A DNA stretch of 64,000 bases from an uncultured Acidobacteriota bacterium (GTDB lineage: Bacteria > Acidobacteriota > Vicinamibacteria > Vicinamibacterales > UBA8438): the NCBI GenBank assembly GCA_913043225.1, contig CAJWLU010000007.1, positions 81,193 through 145,192 on the forward strand. The letters run 5' to 3'. The notes beneath the pieces are model-generated. The model made no database searches, was not told the origin of the DNA, and was given only the letters and a program-made list of their open reading frames with translations. Numbering within the stretch: the stretch's first letter is position 1; each line of letters begins with the position of its first letter. Positions 47,412 through 59,140 of the stretch are shown one piece after another. The translations under genes and the position numbers were made by a program.

Positions 47412-48917
47412 ATGTCGCTACCGGAACATTTGAGAGACCTTCGCGCAGCAGTCGAAAAGGGCCAGCTGCCCCACCGCACCATCAAGCAGGAGATGCGGGA
47501 CAACCTCCTGCGCCTGCTCGAAGCCGGCACACCCCTGTTTCCAGGCATCGTGGGCTATGAAGACTCGGTCATCCCCCAGGTCACCAACGCCATCCTGTCC
47601 CAGCAGAACTTCGTGCTCCTCGGGCTGAGGGGACAGGCAAAGACTCGGATCCTGCGCGGGCTGACCACCCTGCTCGACAATCGGATCCCGGTGGTGCCCG
47701 GCTGCCAGATTAACGACGACCCGCTGGCCCCGCTCTGTCGTGCCTGCCGGCTGCGCGTGGCCGAAGAGGGCGACGACATGCCGGTTGCTTGGCTCGAGCA
47801 ATCGAAGCGCCTGGTGGAGAAGCTGGCCACGCCGGATGTGACCATCGCCGACATGATCGGCGACGTGGACCCGATCAAGGCAGCCCGCGCCGGACTCGAG
47901 CTTTCCGACGAGCTCACGATGCACTACGGTCTGCTACCACGCGCCAACCGCTGCATTTTCGCGGTCAACGAGCTCCCCGACCTGGCCGGCAAGATTCAGG
48001 TCGGCCTCTTTAACATTCTCCAGGAAGGAGATGTGCAGATTAAGGGCTATCCGATTCGCCTTCCCCTGGACGTGGTGATGACCTTCACCGCCAATCCGGA
48101 GGACTACACCGCGCGTGGCAAGATCATCACGCCCCTGAAGGACCGGATCGGCTCGGAGATCCGAACCCACTATCCGCAAACGCGCCAGGCGGGCATGGAG
48201 ATCACGGCCCAGGAAGCCTGGGTCGACCGCGACGGCCAGACGAGTGGCTCGGTCACCATCCCCGACTACATCCGCGAGGTCGTCGAGGAGATCGCGTTTG
48301 TCGCGCGCGAACACGGCAAGATCGACAAGCGGTCCGGAGTGAGCCAGCGGCTCCCGATCTCGTGTCTCGAGAACGTCCTCTCGAACGCCGAGCGGCGCGC
48401 ACGCATCGCCGGGGAGTCCGACGTGGTGCCACGTGTGGCTGACGTCTATGCGGCGCTCCCCGCCATTACCGGCAAATTCGAGCTCGAATACGAAGGCGAG
48501 CTCAAGGGTGCCAACAACGTGGCTCGCGACGTCATCCGCTCGGCGGTCGGTCATGTCTTCGAGGGCTGGGCCACCGACATCGACCCGGCCCCCGTGGTCG
48601 AGTGGTTCGAAATGGGCGGAACGCTGCAACTCGGCGACGGCACGCCGGCGGCGAACCTGCTCGAACAGACCGACGAGATCCAGGGGCTGCGCGAACTGAC
48701 GACCCAGGTCATCCCGCTGGACCAGCCCTCCGACCCGGTGGTGGCATCGGCCGTCGAGTTCGTGATCGAGGGCCTCTACGCCCAGAAGAAGATCAGCCGC
48801 AGCGAGGAGTGGCAGTATCGGGCCGGCCAGAAGCCAACGCGGCAAGCACAAACGGCGGACCAGCTCTTCGAAACCGACCTCCAGATACCGCGCGGCAAGA
48901 AGAAGTACTACAACTAA
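47412..48917 (+). CDS. AAA+ ATPase, Mg-chelatase ChlI/MoxR-like
   Basis: GLRGQAKT, AVNELPDL and ANPEDYTARG motifs. Start placed 7 nt after a TATGAT box. Confidence 0.85.
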   Translation: MSLPEHLRDLRAAVEKGQLPHRTIKQEMRDNLLRLLEAGTPLFPGIVGYEDSVIPQVTNAILSQQNFVLLGLRGQAKTRILRGLTTLLDNRIPVVPGCQINDDPLAPLCRACRLRVAEEGDDMPVAWLEQSKRLVEKLATPDVTIADMIGDVDPIKAARAGLELSDELTMHYGLLPRANRCIFAVNELPDLAGKIQVGLFNILQEGDVQIKGYPIRLPLDVVMTFTANPEDYTARGKIITPLKDRIGSEIRTHYPQTRQAGMEITAQEAWVDRDGQTSGSVTIPDYIREVVEEIAFVAREHGKIDKRSGVSQRLPISCLENVLSNAERRARIAGESDVVPRVADVYAALPAITGKFELEYEGELKGANNVARDVIRSAVGHVFEGWATDIDPAPVVEWFEMGGTLQLGDGTPAANLLEQTDEIQGLRELTTQVIPLDQPSDPVVASAVEFVIEGLYAQKKISRSEEWQYRAGQKPTRQAQTADQLFETDLQIPRGKKKYYN

Positions 48918-48929
48918 ACGGAACGCTGC

Positions 48930-50183
48930 GTGAAGTTCAAATACACCCGCTACACCGGGAACGACCTCGAAGGCCTGGATCTGGAAGAGCTCGTCTCGAA
49001 GCTCTCAGGCCTGCTGCTCGACAGCGGCTTCGGCAGCCCGGCGGGCGACTCCGATGACCCGTTCGCCGAGGACGACCAGCGCTCCGAGCAGTCGCTACAC
49101 GACGCGATTCTCGAGGCGCTGCTCAACGACGGGGTACTCTCGGATGAGACCATCGACCGGCTCCTGGGCGACCCGGCCGACAGCGACAGTCCATCACGCC
49201 TGGAAGAACTCGTCGAACAGATCATCCAGGCAATGGAGCAAGAGGGCTACATCACGCGCCAACCAGATCCGCACGCCGAGTCGGGAGAGGGCCAGGGCGC
49301 CGACAGTAACATGCGGTTCGAGGTCACCGACAAGGGCCTCGACTTTCTCGGCTACCGCGCACTGCGTGACCTGCTCAGCTCGACCGGCCACAGCAGCGTC
49401 GGACGCCACGACACCAGAGACCTGTCAACCGGCGTGGACGCCAGCGGCTCGCCCAAACCGTACGAGTTTGGCGACACGATGAACCTCGACGGCAGCGCCA
49501 CCATCCTGAACGCGGTCCGTCGTCTCGGACGAGGCGCGGTCGGCGGCGGCATCGACGTGAGCTACCCGGATCTGATGGTGTCTCAGGGGGAATACCAGAG
49601 CGCCTGTGCCACTGTGCTCATGCTCGACTGTAGCCACAGCATGATTCTGTATGGCGAAGACCGGTTTACCCCCGCAAAGCAAGTGGCCCTGGCACTCGCC
49701 AACCTGATCCAGCACCAGTATCCTGGCGATACTCTCAGCGCCGTGTTGTTCCACGACTCGGCTGAGGAGATCCCACTGCAGCAGCTAGCTCGAGTGCGCG
49801 TCGGCCCGTACTACACGAACACGCGACAGGGGCTCCGTCTGGCACGCCGGATCCTCGAACGACAGCAGTGCGACATGCGGCAGATCGTGATGATCACCGA
49901 CGGGAAGCCGTCGGCGCTCACCCGCGAAGACGGCCAGATCTACCGGAACGCGTTCGGGCTCGATCCGTGGGTCATCTCCGAGACCTTCGCCGAGGTGACT
50001 AACTGCCGAAAGGCGGGCATCCTCATCAACACCTTCATGCTCGCCCGCGACTACGATCTGGTGAGCTTCGTCAAACAGGTCACCGCCATCTGCCACGGAA
50101 AGGCCTACTTCACCAGCCCGCACACTCTGGGGCGCTACGTGCTGATGGACTATCTGGACAAGAAAACCAGAACGGTCCACTAG
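48930..50183 (+). CDS. VWA domain protein
   Basis: DCSHS MIDAS, YYTNT and ITDGKP motifs. Directly downstream of the AAA+ gene. Confidence 0.88.
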   Translation: MKFKYTRYTGNDLEGLDLEELVSKLSGLLLDSGFGSPAGDSDDPFAEDDQRSEQSLHDAILEALLNDGVLSDETIDRLLGDPADSDSPSRLEELVEQIIQAMEQEGYITRQPDPHAESGEGQGADSNMRFEVTDKGLDFLGYRALRDLLSSTGHSSVGRHDTRDLSTGVDASGSPKPYEFGDTMNLDGSATILNAVRRLGRGAVGGGIDVSYPDLMVSQGEYQSACATVLMLDCSHSMILYGEDRFTPAKQVALALANLIQHQYPGDTLSAVLFHDSAEEIPLQQLARVRVGPYYTNTRQGLRLARRILERQQCDMRQIVMITDGKPSALTREDGQIYRNAFGLDPWVISETFAEVTNCRKAGILINTFMLARDYDLVSFVKQVTAICHGKAYFTSPHTLGRYVLMDYLDKKTRTVH

Positions 50184-50198
50184 CGGTCCGGGAAGGCC

Positions 50199-50822
50199 AT
50201 GCTTCCGTCAATCATCCCGATCTTTCCGCTCCCGAACGTGGTGCTCTTCCCGTCCGTCTTTCTGCCGTTGCACATCTTCGAGCCGCGCTACCGTCAGATG
50301 CTGGCCGACGCGCTGCAGGGCGACCGCATCATCGGGATGGTGCTGCTACGCGAACGTGACGCCATCGAAGAAGCGCCGCCGGTCTACGCTGTCGGCTGCG
50401 CCGGCCTAGTCAGCCACTCGGAGACACTGCAGGACGGCCGCTCGAACATCATCCTACGCGGTATCCAGCGCTTCCGCATCGCGCTCGAGGAGACCGACCG
50501 TGCCTACCGGCGCGCCCATATTGCGCCGCTCCCGGAAGAGGCCACCGACGAGATTCGCGAGGACGTCCGGCAGTCACGGACCAGGCTTGCAACACTGCTA
50601 GCAGGGCGCCTGGAGACGGCGAGCGGGGAGGCGATGGTACCCAACGACATGGGAGACGAGGAGTTGGTCAACACCCTCGCCCAGTATCTGGACTTCGATC
50701 CGATCGAGAAGCAGGCGCTACTCGAGCGGGACGACATCGCGAGCCGCTCCCGCGCCCTGATCGATTTGATCGAGATGCGCTCTCTGGCTGGCCGCTCCCC
50801 AGGCGGCTTCGGACCCCAGTAA
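50199..50822 (+). CDS. LON peptidase substrate-binding (N-terminal) domain protein
   Basis: PIFPLPNVVLFP..LPLHIFEPRYRQM and EKQALLE motifs. No ATPase or protease domain. Confidence 0.9.
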   Translation: MLPSIIPIFPLPNVVLFPSVFLPLHIFEPRYRQMLADALQGDRIIGMVLLRERDAIEEAPPVYAVGCAGLVSHSETLQDGRSNIILRGIQRFRIALEETDRAYRRAHIAPLPEEATDEIREDVRQSRTRLATLLAGRLETASGEAMVPNDMGDEELVNTLAQYLDFDPIEKQALLERDDIASRSRALIDLIEMRSLAGRSPGGFGPQ

Positions 50823-50823
50823 A

Positions 50824-50929
50824 TTCTACGTAATCCATCCCGCCTGACTGCGTTGCTTCGTCGGTCGCAGCCCAACAGGCTGCTCCCTCCTGGCGCCTTG
50901 CCAGACGGGCGTCTCCCCACAGAACCCTA
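50824..50929 (+). repeat. Degenerate copy B of a small palindromic intergenic element
   Basis: Nested stems (GCAGCC-caaca-GGCTGC, CCCGCCTG...CAGACGGG). Motifs shared with 40277-40374. Confidence 0.45.
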
Positions 50930-51979
50930 CGGGAGGTCGACGCCGGCCAGCTCGCGAGCCGGCTCGCCGGTCAGGCGACGGGCGATCTCCTTGATCACCA
51001 TCTCGCCGTGGAAACGGCCGTTCTCGATGAAGATCAGTCCGCTGTGGATGCCGGTGATGACCTGTCCCGCCAGGAACAGGTTGGAGACGTTGGTCTCGTA
51101 GGTGTCCGGGTCGTGGGTCGGGACGAGCGTCTCGGTGTCGTACTCGACACCGAACCGCGCCAGCATGTCCGTATTGGGGTGGTAGCCGGTCAACAGGAAG
51201 ACCGCATCGGCGGGTAACGTCGACTGGATGCCCTCGTGCTCAAGGACGACCTCGGTGGGACGAATCTCGACCACCCGGGTGTTGAAATTGGCGGTCACCG
51301 CTCCCTCCTTGATGCGGTTCTCGATATCCGGCCGCACCCAGTACTTGATGCCACTCCCCAACTCGGCGTGGCGGTGCACCAGGGTGACGTCGACGCCCGA
51401 CCGATACAGCTCGAGCGCCGTTTCGACAGCGGAGTTCTTCCCGCCCACCACGACGACTTTTTTCCGGTAGAACGGATGCGCCTCGGTGTAGTAGTGCGAG
51501 ACGTGCGGCAGGGTTTCACCCGGAATTCCGAGCAGGTTTGGACGCTCGTAGGCGCCAATCGCCACCACCACCGTGCGACTCAGCAGCTCACGCTCTCCTT
51601 TGTTGGCCTCCTGCGTCGTGACCCGGAGCAGCGGGGTCCCCTCGTCGCCCCCCTGTTCCGTGATCGCAGTCGCCTCGACCCCGAACCGGACGTCCAGCCC
51701 GTAGGCATCGACCACGCGGCGGTAGTAGCGGAGCGTCTCGTCTCGGTTCGGCTTCTCATGCGGGGTGACGAAGGGCAGGCCACCGATCTCGAGCAACTCG
51801 GGCGTCGTGAAGAACGCCATATTCACCGGGAAGTGCAGGATGGAATTGACTAGCGCACCCTTCTCCACCACCGTGCAGGCGAGCCCTCGCTTGCGTGCCG
51901 CAATCGCGCTTGCCAACCCGGCCGGGCCCGACCCGACCACCACCACGTCAAGGACTCCTGTGTCCTGCTCGCTAGTCAT
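50927..51979 (-). CDS. ypdA: YpdA family putative bacillithiol disulfide reductase
   Basis: GSGPAG, FFTTPELLEIGG, HYY.EAHP, GGKNSA, KYWVRPDIENRI and FIENGRFHG motifs. Confidence 0.88.
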   Translation of the reverse strand: MTSEQDTGVLDVVVVGSGPAGLASAIAARKRGLACTVVEKGALVNSILHFPVNMAFFTTPELLEIGGLPFVTPHEKPNRDETLRYYRRVVDAYGLDVRFGVEATAITEQGGDEGTPLLRVTTQEANKGERELLSRTVVVAIGAYERPNLLGIPGETLPHVSHYYTEAHPFYRKKVVVVGGKNSAVETALELYRSGVDVTLVHRHAELGSGIKYWVRPDIENRIKEGAVTANFNTRVVEIRPTEVVLEHEGIQSTLPADAVFLLTGYHPNTDMLARFGVEYDTETLVPTHDPDTYETNVSNLFLAGQVITGIHSGLIFIENGRFHGEMVIKEIARRLTGEPARELAGVDLP

Positions 51980-52014
51980 TCCTTGCCTGTTCCTGTCTGC
52001 CCGAACCTAGTGCG

Positions 52015-52638
52015 CTAGCGCGCCAGATACTCGACCTGCACGTCGCTGATGACGGCGATCGGCCGCCCGACCGACTCGACCGTCTCGCGCCCGTCGACGC
52101 GCTGCATCTCCAGTGCCAGGCCGACGATGCTGACCTCGGTGACCGCCTGCGGCACCTGCACGTAAACCCGCTCCGCCCCCACCGGCGCCACCGCCTTGAT
52201 GCCACCCGGCCCGGCGCCGCCACTGACCCGATCGACCAAGTCCGCCTCGGTGTGGAACTCAGCGAGCACGACCGGCCGCGTCAACACTTCTTCGGTCGTC
52301 GCCACGGCGGCGGTCACCAGATAGCGTGCGTAGCCACGCCCACGGAGAACCTCCTCTTCCGAGTAGGCGTGGCGCGCGTGGAACGTGAAGCTGACGGTGG
52401 CCTCACCACGATGCTCCGGTACGATCACCTTGATGCCGTCCGCCACCTCGTTGCCAACCTGCATATCGCAGTAGATGATGTCACTCTCGACACCGACGCC
52501 TAGAACCGTCGGGCATTGCACCTCGGCCGGCTCGATCCGTCGCGTTTGGCCCAGAGCGGGCTCGACCAGCAGGCATGCCAGCGCCCAAACTCCTAGGACT
52601 CGAGTCAGGGCTCGTCCGGTGTCCCGTCTAGTCACCAT
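52015..52638 (-). CDS. Secreted hypothetical protein
   Basis: Signal peptide, two Cys, [13 protein letters not shown]. Overlaps the folE stop. Confidence 0.7.
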   Translation of the reverse strand: MVTRRDTGRALTRVLGVWALACLLVEPALGQTRRIEPAEVQCPTVLGVGVESDIIYCDMQVGNEVADGIKVIVPEHRGEATVSFTFHARHAYSEEEVLRGRGYARYLVTAAVATTEEVLTRPVVLAEFHTEADLVDRVSGGAGPGGIKAVAPVGAERVYVQVPQAVTEVSIVGLALEMQRVDGRETVESVGRPIAVISDVQVEYLAR

Positions 52639-53290
52639 CACCCTCGTCGTGTCGCCGTAGCACGGCACTGCTCATCGCCCCGTCGCCCCCTAGACGCAAC
52701 AGATTGAGGAACTCCATCCGGGTCCGAGCGTCGCTGCGAAAGAGCCCGTGCATGGCACTCGTAATCGCCCTCGAGTTCTGCTTCTCGACCCCCCGCATTG
52801 CCATACACAGATGGGTCCCCTCGGCCACCACCGCTACCCCCAGCGGGCTGATGGTGGAGTCGATAATCTCGGCGATCTGGCTGGTCAGTCGCTCCTGCAC
52901 CTGGAGCCGGCGACTGAACATCTCGACGATGCGAGGCAACTTGCTCAACCCGATAACCTTGCCCTGCGGAATGTAGGCGATATGGCAGCGGCCGAAGAAA
53001 GGCAGGATGTGGTGCTCGCACAGACTGTAGAAGTCGATGTCCTTCACGATGACCATCTCGGAGTAGTCCACCGTAAAGAGCGCGTCGTTGATAACGGCCT
53101 CGACATCCTTCCGGTAGCCGGCGGTCAACGCGCGAAGCGACTTGGCCACCCGGTCGGGCGTCTTGAGGAGGCCTTCCCGATCTGGATCCTCGCCAAGTGC
53201 CGTCAGTTGTTCGCGCACCGCATCGCGCAAGCGATCCATCGTCTCTTCGTCGGCCGCGCGCGCGTCGGTCTCAGTATCGGTAGAAGCCAT
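52628..53290 (-). CDS. folE: GTP cyclohydrolase I
   Basis: REGL.KTP.RV, SLCEHH, RRLQVQE and HLCM.MRG motifs. Confidence 0.97.
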   Translation of the reverse strand: MASTDTETDARAADEETMDRLRDAVREQLTALGEDPDREGLLKTPDRVAKSLRALTAGYRKDVEAVINDALFTVDYSEMVIVKDIDFYSLCEHHILPFFGRCHIAYIPQGKVIGLSKLPRIVEMFSRRLQVQERLTSQIAEIIDSTISPLGVAVVAEGTHLCMAMRGVEKQNSRAITSAMHGLFRSDARTRMEFLNLLRLGGDGAMSSAVLRRHDEGDGD

Positions 53291-54131
53291 GTTTGGTCTT
53301 TCGGCCGAGTCGTCCGGCCAGCACCATCCGCTTCAGCAGCGGCGGCGCAGCATAGGCCGGATCACGGAACTCGTCGAACATGATGTTGGCGATGTAGTAG
53401 GTGGTATCGAGACCGATGAAGTCGAGCAGCGTGAACGGCCCCATCGGATGTCCGCACCCCAGGGTCATCGCTGCGTCAATGTCTTCGAGTGTGCCACAGC
53501 CGGAGTCGTGGGCACGAACCGCACTCAGCAGATAGGGGATCAACAACCGGTTGACGATGAACCCCGGCTGGTCGGGCGCGGTCACCGGCCGCTTCCCGAG
53601 CGTCTCGGCGAACGCAAAGATCTTCTGGTAGGTCTCGTCGGTGGTCGACAGGCCACGGATGACCTCGACGACCGGCATGACCGGGACCGGACTGAAGAAG
53701 TGCAGGCCGATGAACTTGTCTGGGCGCCGGGTCGCTGCGGCCAATTCGGTAATGCACACCGAGGAGGTATTCGAGCAGAAGATGGTACCAGGGTGGACCA
53801 CCGGTTCGAGCTCTGCGAAGGTGGCCTGCTTGGCCGCGACGTCCTCGACAATCGCCTCGACCACCACGTCACACTCAGCGAACGGCGCCCAAGCGGTCGT
53901 CCCGGTAATGCGCTCCAATGTCTCGTCCCGATCCTCGGCGCTCAACTTACTCCGCTCGACACCAGCGTCGAGAAACGAGCGAATCCGTCCGAGCCCAGCA
54001 TCCACCGCGGCTTGATCAAGCTCGCGGACTACGGTCCGATAGCCCGCCTGGGCCACCACCTGGGCAATGCCAGACCCCATCAGCCCGCAGCCAAGCACTC
54101 CAACCACTTCCGACCGTATTCGGTCTCCCAT
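53271..54131 (-). CDS. hbd: 3-hydroxybutyryl-CoA dehydrogenase
   Basis: [28 protein letters not shown] and HPMGP motifs. Confidence 0.9.
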   Translation of the reverse strand: MGDRIRSEVVGVLGCGLMGSGIAQVVAQAGYRTVVRELDQAAVDAGLGRIRSFLDAGVERSKLSAEDRDETLERITGTTAWAPFAECDVVVEAIVEDVAAKQATFAELEPVVHPGTIFCSNTSSVCITELAAATRRPDKFIGLHFFSPVPVMPVVEVIRGLSTTDETYQKIFAFAETLGKRPVTAPDQPGFIVNRLLIPYLLSAVRAHDSGCGTLEDIDAAMTLGCGHPMGPFTLLDFIGLDTTYYIANIMFDEFRDPAYAAPPLLKRMVLAGRLGRKTKHGFYRY

Positions 54132-54306
54132 CTCACTCCCACGCACCGCGGCACCAGACACCACGGTGGCCAGATCCGCCGCTACGACAGTCCTTGATCA
54201 TAACCTGTACGTGCCGTGAGGTCTGCGGACGCACTACCGCCTTGCACAGGAAGGCAGGTAACCCGCGTTCGGCGTAAGGAAGTGTGGCCCAGCCCGAGGG
54301 AAGGAA

Positions 54307-55275
54307 CTAATTGGCGGGGCCGCTCTCAGGCGCGGAGAAGATGAAGTCGAGCGCCTCGGGCGGCAGCCAGAACGACATCGTCACCAGCGCCCCAGTGCCG
54401 CCCAGCCGAAGCGAATCGAGCATCGTCTGCAGTCCCGGTTGCGCGGCGGTCTGCATCTTGGCCAGCGCCATGAGGCCACGGAACACGTCCCGAAGATTCT
54501 GCCCGGCTTCCTCGTCGCGGCCTTCGATCATCAACGCGCCGGTTAGGCCGCCGTTGATCCGTCCGCTCACCGCGAAGAACGAAACCGCCGGCATGCGCGA
54601 CAACACGTCATCGGGAATCACGTCGAGCAAGTTCAGGTCACCAAAGCGACCGACGGCCCAAGCATTGCTACCGTCTTCCACCTGTTCGAGCAGGGCCGCC
54701 ATCTCTGCGTTGTCGACCAGCGACGCTCCGCCATCGCCTCGATCCACCGCCTGCTGCACGGTCGGCAGATCGCCCACCGCCACCAACCCTGGCTGCATGA
54801 ACGCCATGGCCAGTGACCCGACCTCAGCCGCCTCAGCGCTGACGATCCTTGTATCACCGTAGGTGCTCACGGTGCCGCCGGCCCTGCGAGCCGCCGCCTC
54901 AAGACGCGTGACGTCGAAGCGCCCGCGAAACATCACCAGCCCGGCCGGGGTGCCCTCGCCCCCCGGTGCCATGAAGGCCAACACGTGGTCAATGTCACGC
55001 TCGATGTCGAGCCCGAGGTACTCCTGCAACGCGTCCTGCCCAACCCCGTCAGGCGCCACCTGGCGGATGCGCTCGCGAAAATTCGACAGCATCACCTCGC
55101 GCACGTTGGCGTAACCCACCACCGTCGCGCCGGCCGGCACGTAAGCCAACTCAAGGGGTCCACTGACCGAAACAGCCAGCGCGGAGCCACGATTGAAGTA
55201 GGCGAACAAGCCCGTGCACAGTCCGAGCAAAAGGACTGCGCTGGCGCAGAGGAGAAAATAGCGCGTCTGCCTCAT
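54307..55275 (-). CDS. Membrane-anchored hypothetical protein
   Basis: 322-aa ORF with N-terminal TM and an ECF-type promoter upstream. Confidence 0.75.
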   Translation of the reverse strand: MRQTRYFLLCASAVLLLGLCTGLFAYFNRGSALAVSVSGPLELAYVPAGATVVGYANVREVMLSNFRERIRQVAPDGVGQDALQEYLGLDIERDIDHVLAFMAPGGEGTPAGLVMFRGRFDVTRLEAAARRAGGTVSTYGDTRIVSAEAAEVGSLAMAFMQPGLVAVGDLPTVQQAVDRGDGGASLVDNAEMAALLEQVEDGSNAWAVGRFGDLNLLDVIPDDVLSRMPAVSFFAVSGRINGGLTGALMIEGRDEEAGQNLRDVFRGLMALAKMQTAAQPGLQTMLDSLRLGGTGALVTMSFWLPPEALDFIFSAPESGPAN

Positions 55276-55332
55276 CTAGACTCTCACTCCGATCGCTCAC
55301 GGATCGGCCTGAACTGAGGGGCTCCGTAGAAT

Positions 55333-55360
55333 TATACGACTCACGCGGGTAACAAGTTCC
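55333..55360 (-). promoter_or_regulatory. ECF sigma-type promoter
   Basis: GGAACT-16 nt-CGTATA, matching 59094-59121. Confidence 0.6.
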
Positions 55361-55416
55361 CGTCTTGCGGGCAAAACGTTCCCACCTCGATTCCAGCGTC
55401 CGAACGTTTTGGCGGG

Positions 55417-56282
55417 CTACTGCTCCAGCACATACTCACGCCGCTCGACCAACCAGATCGCCAGTCCCAGGCCGCCCACCAGGATGACGGCCAATCCAGT
55501 TAGGCTCATCAAGGTCGACGGGATCACCTCGGCCGACTGGAGAAAAGCCAGCACCGATCCCAAGACGCTGTCGTCGGCAGGCATGGAATGAGGCGCCAGC
55601 CCCTGCATGTAGTAGCGAACCGTGAACTGCTTCATGTAACCCGGCACCATCAGCACGCCAGGCTCCCAGCCGAAGATGAACACGAGACCCGCCAGCAGCG
55701 GCCGCTTGACCGCGGCTCCGGCCAACGCGAACACCGCCCCGTAAACGGCCAGCCCCACGGCCAGCAGACCCAGGTCATTCAGCAGGTCGGGGAAGCCCGC
55801 ACCGATGGAACCGCCGAGGAGTGGCGTCACCAGGAAGAAGACGATCATCAGCGATGGCAGCACCACGAAGCCGGTGCAAACCAGATACGCCAGATACTTG
55901 CCGACCAGTACCGCCCCCCGGGAGATGGGACGCGTGAAGAGGTAAGTAATCGTTTTGTCCTCGACCTCGTCGGCAATCAGCGCGGTCCCGTAGAACAGCC
56001 CCATAAGCGGCACCGCAATGCCCAAATAGAACACCCAAAACATCAACCCGAACAGATCCGACCCACTCATGAGCAACCCGGCATCGACGTCGCCGGCGAA
56101 CAGCACCAGGGCGCGCAGGATGAAGGCGACGATGACCGGCCCACCCACCACCAGCACCATGAAGATAGTTCGACGCGACCAGAGCATCTGACTGAGCGAC
56201 AGGTCGAAGACACGGAGCGCCGACTGGACGAACGGCGGCGTCTCGCCGGACAGAGGCTGCTCCTGTCTTCTCACGTCGTCGG

Positions 56283-56286
<4 letters not shown>
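55417..56286 (-). CDS. ABC-2 type transporter permease
   Basis: IADEVEDKTITYLFTRPI.R....GK motif, multiple TMs. Confidence 0.88.
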
Positions 56287-57202
<916 letters not shown>

Positions 57203-57206
<4 letters not shown>

Positions 57207-58042
57207 GTCATCACCTCGACCCCACGCACCCGACGCTCGAGCACCCAGGCGGACAGCCCGATGACCACGAAGATCATCAGCGCCGACATGAACCACGGCG
57301 ACTCGAACCTAGTGGGCAGACGGAAGATGACGTCGCCGATCTGGTCCTGGTTTGCCTGGAACGAGAGCCACGCCAGTCCGGTGGTTGACGTGAAGCCCTG
57401 CACGATCCTGAAGACGGCGTTGCTAAACAGCACGACGCCGGCGTAGAGGATGCCGGCGTAGCGCGCGCTATTCGAGAGCGACGACAGCGCCAGGATCGAG
57501 AAAGCAGCTAGCAGCACCTGCACCAACGCGTAGAGCGTGATGGCTGGCAGGAGGAATAGGTTCTCGGCCACGAACGATAGGCTTGCCGAGAACATCACCT
57601 GCACGAGCAGCAACGCCAGCGCTGGCAACAGCGTCACCCCCAGCAGGAAGAACACCAGCACCCCAAGCTTGCCCGTCACATACTCGACGCGGGTGAGCGG
57701 CTTCGAGAGGTAAATCTGGATCGCGTTTGAGCGACGATCGTTGGCGATCAACCCAGAGCCGACATAAACCGTGACGAAGAACACGAAGATCCACTGAATC
57801 TCGAAGAACTGCCGAAAAGTCTGAACCGACGGCGCCAGGACATCCATGCTCGGAAAATTCGCCGAGAGATAGAAAATGACCGACCTCACGAAGAACTGGC
57901 TCCAGGCGCCGAGCATGACCCAGAGGCATAGTCGCTTCGACAGTGCCGCCTTGATCCCAAAGCGCGCGATCACCAGCCAAGCGGCTCCCGGGGCCTCCCG
58001 GTTCCCCCCGTAACGACGGTAGCTCTGATCGTGGATGGGCAC
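57203..58042 (-). CDS. ABC-2 type transporter permease
   Basis: PIHDQSYRRY start, IANDRRSNA..IYLSKPL.R.EY..GK motif. Confidence 0.87.
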
Positions 58043-58046
58043 CGCC

Positions 58047-58985
58047 TCACTCCTCCCCGACCGCTTCCGCGAAGACGTCTTCAAGCGTAGGCACGCTGGG
58101 TCGCAGATGACGCACCTGGATGTCGTGGGCGGTGGCCACCGCGAAGAGATCCCGCGGCCCCTGGTCGTCGTTGACGAATACCCGCAGCAGATCATCCTCG
58201 GCGTCGTGGCAGTCGGCGCCGATGCCCTGTAGCGCCTGGACGAACTTGTCGTGGGCGCCCTTGATCCGGATCTCGAACACCTGTCGCCGCCGCTCTTTGA
58301 GCTCGGCGATCGACCCCTGGGTGGCAACGGTCCCCTGATGCATGACGACGACGCGTGCGCAGGTCGCCTCCACGTCAGGGAGCAGGTGCGACGAGAGAAT
58401 CAGATTGACGCCTTTACGCGTCGCCAGGTCGATCACCAGCTCGAGCATCTCCTCGCGGCCCTTCGGGTCCATCCCGTTGGTAGGCTCGTCGAGCAACAGC
58501 AGATCGGGGTCGTGCACCAGCGCCTGGGCCAGCTTGATCCGCTGTTTCATGCCAGTCGAATAAGTCTCGATGTTCCGGTAGCGTGCCTCTCCGAGGCCCA
58601 CGTAGTAGAGCACTTCATGAGCGCGCTGCATGGCGTCGCTCTCGGGCAAGCCAGCCAGTTGGCCACAATAGGCGACGAAGGACACCGCATTCATGTCCGG
58701 GATGTGCCCGTCGGACTCCGGCATGTAGCCGAGGCGGGCACGGATCTCGAGCGGACGCTCCGCCACGTCGAGTCCGAGCACATGCATGCGACCGGAGGTA
58801 GGCGTGACGAACCCGAGCAGCACCTTGAGCAGGGTACTCTTCCCAGCGCCGTTGGGCCCAAGCAGCCCGACCGCGCCAGTGGCGAAGTCGGCAGCCACGT
58901 CGTGCAATGCCAGCTGCGTGCCATAGCGCACGGAGACCTGCTCGACGCTGGCAACCGGTTGCGTGGTTTCGTCCGGCGCGTTCAT
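58047..58985 (-). CDS. ABC transporter ATP-binding protein
   Basis: GPNGAGKST, YSTGMKQR, LDEP and SSH motifs. Confidence 0.93.
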   Translation of the reverse strand: MNAPDETTQPVASVEQVSVRYGTQLALHDVAADFATGAVGLLGPNGAGKSTLLKVLLGFVTPTSGRMHVLGLDVAERPLEIRARLGYMPESDGHIPDMNAVSFVAYCGQLAGLPESDAMQRAHEVLYYVGLGEARYRNIETYSTGMKQRIKLAQALVHDPDLLLLDEPTNGMDPKGREEMLELVIDLATRKGVNLILSSHLLPDVEATCARVVVMHQGTVATQGSIAELKERRRQVFEIRIKGAHDKFVQALQGIGADCHDAEDDLLRVFVNDDQGPRDLFAVATAHDIQVRHLRPSVPTLEDVFAEAVGEE

Positions 58986-59093
58986 TGACTGAGGGACACT
59001 CCCGACGGGCGGCTAACGGACGATGGCGCGCTTGGCATGACTGTGACCCAGCACCGCGCTCGAAAGACAGGTGGCGTGCCTTTGCTAGACCGA

Positions 59094-59121
59094 TATACGG
59101 TCGGGGTAGTGCTGTAGTTCA
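59094..59121 (-). promoter_or_regulatory. ECF sigma-type promoter of the ABC operon
   Basis: TGAACT-16 nt-CGTATA. Confidence 0.6.
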
Positions 59122-59140
59122 CAGGTGTGCCGGCCCAGGG

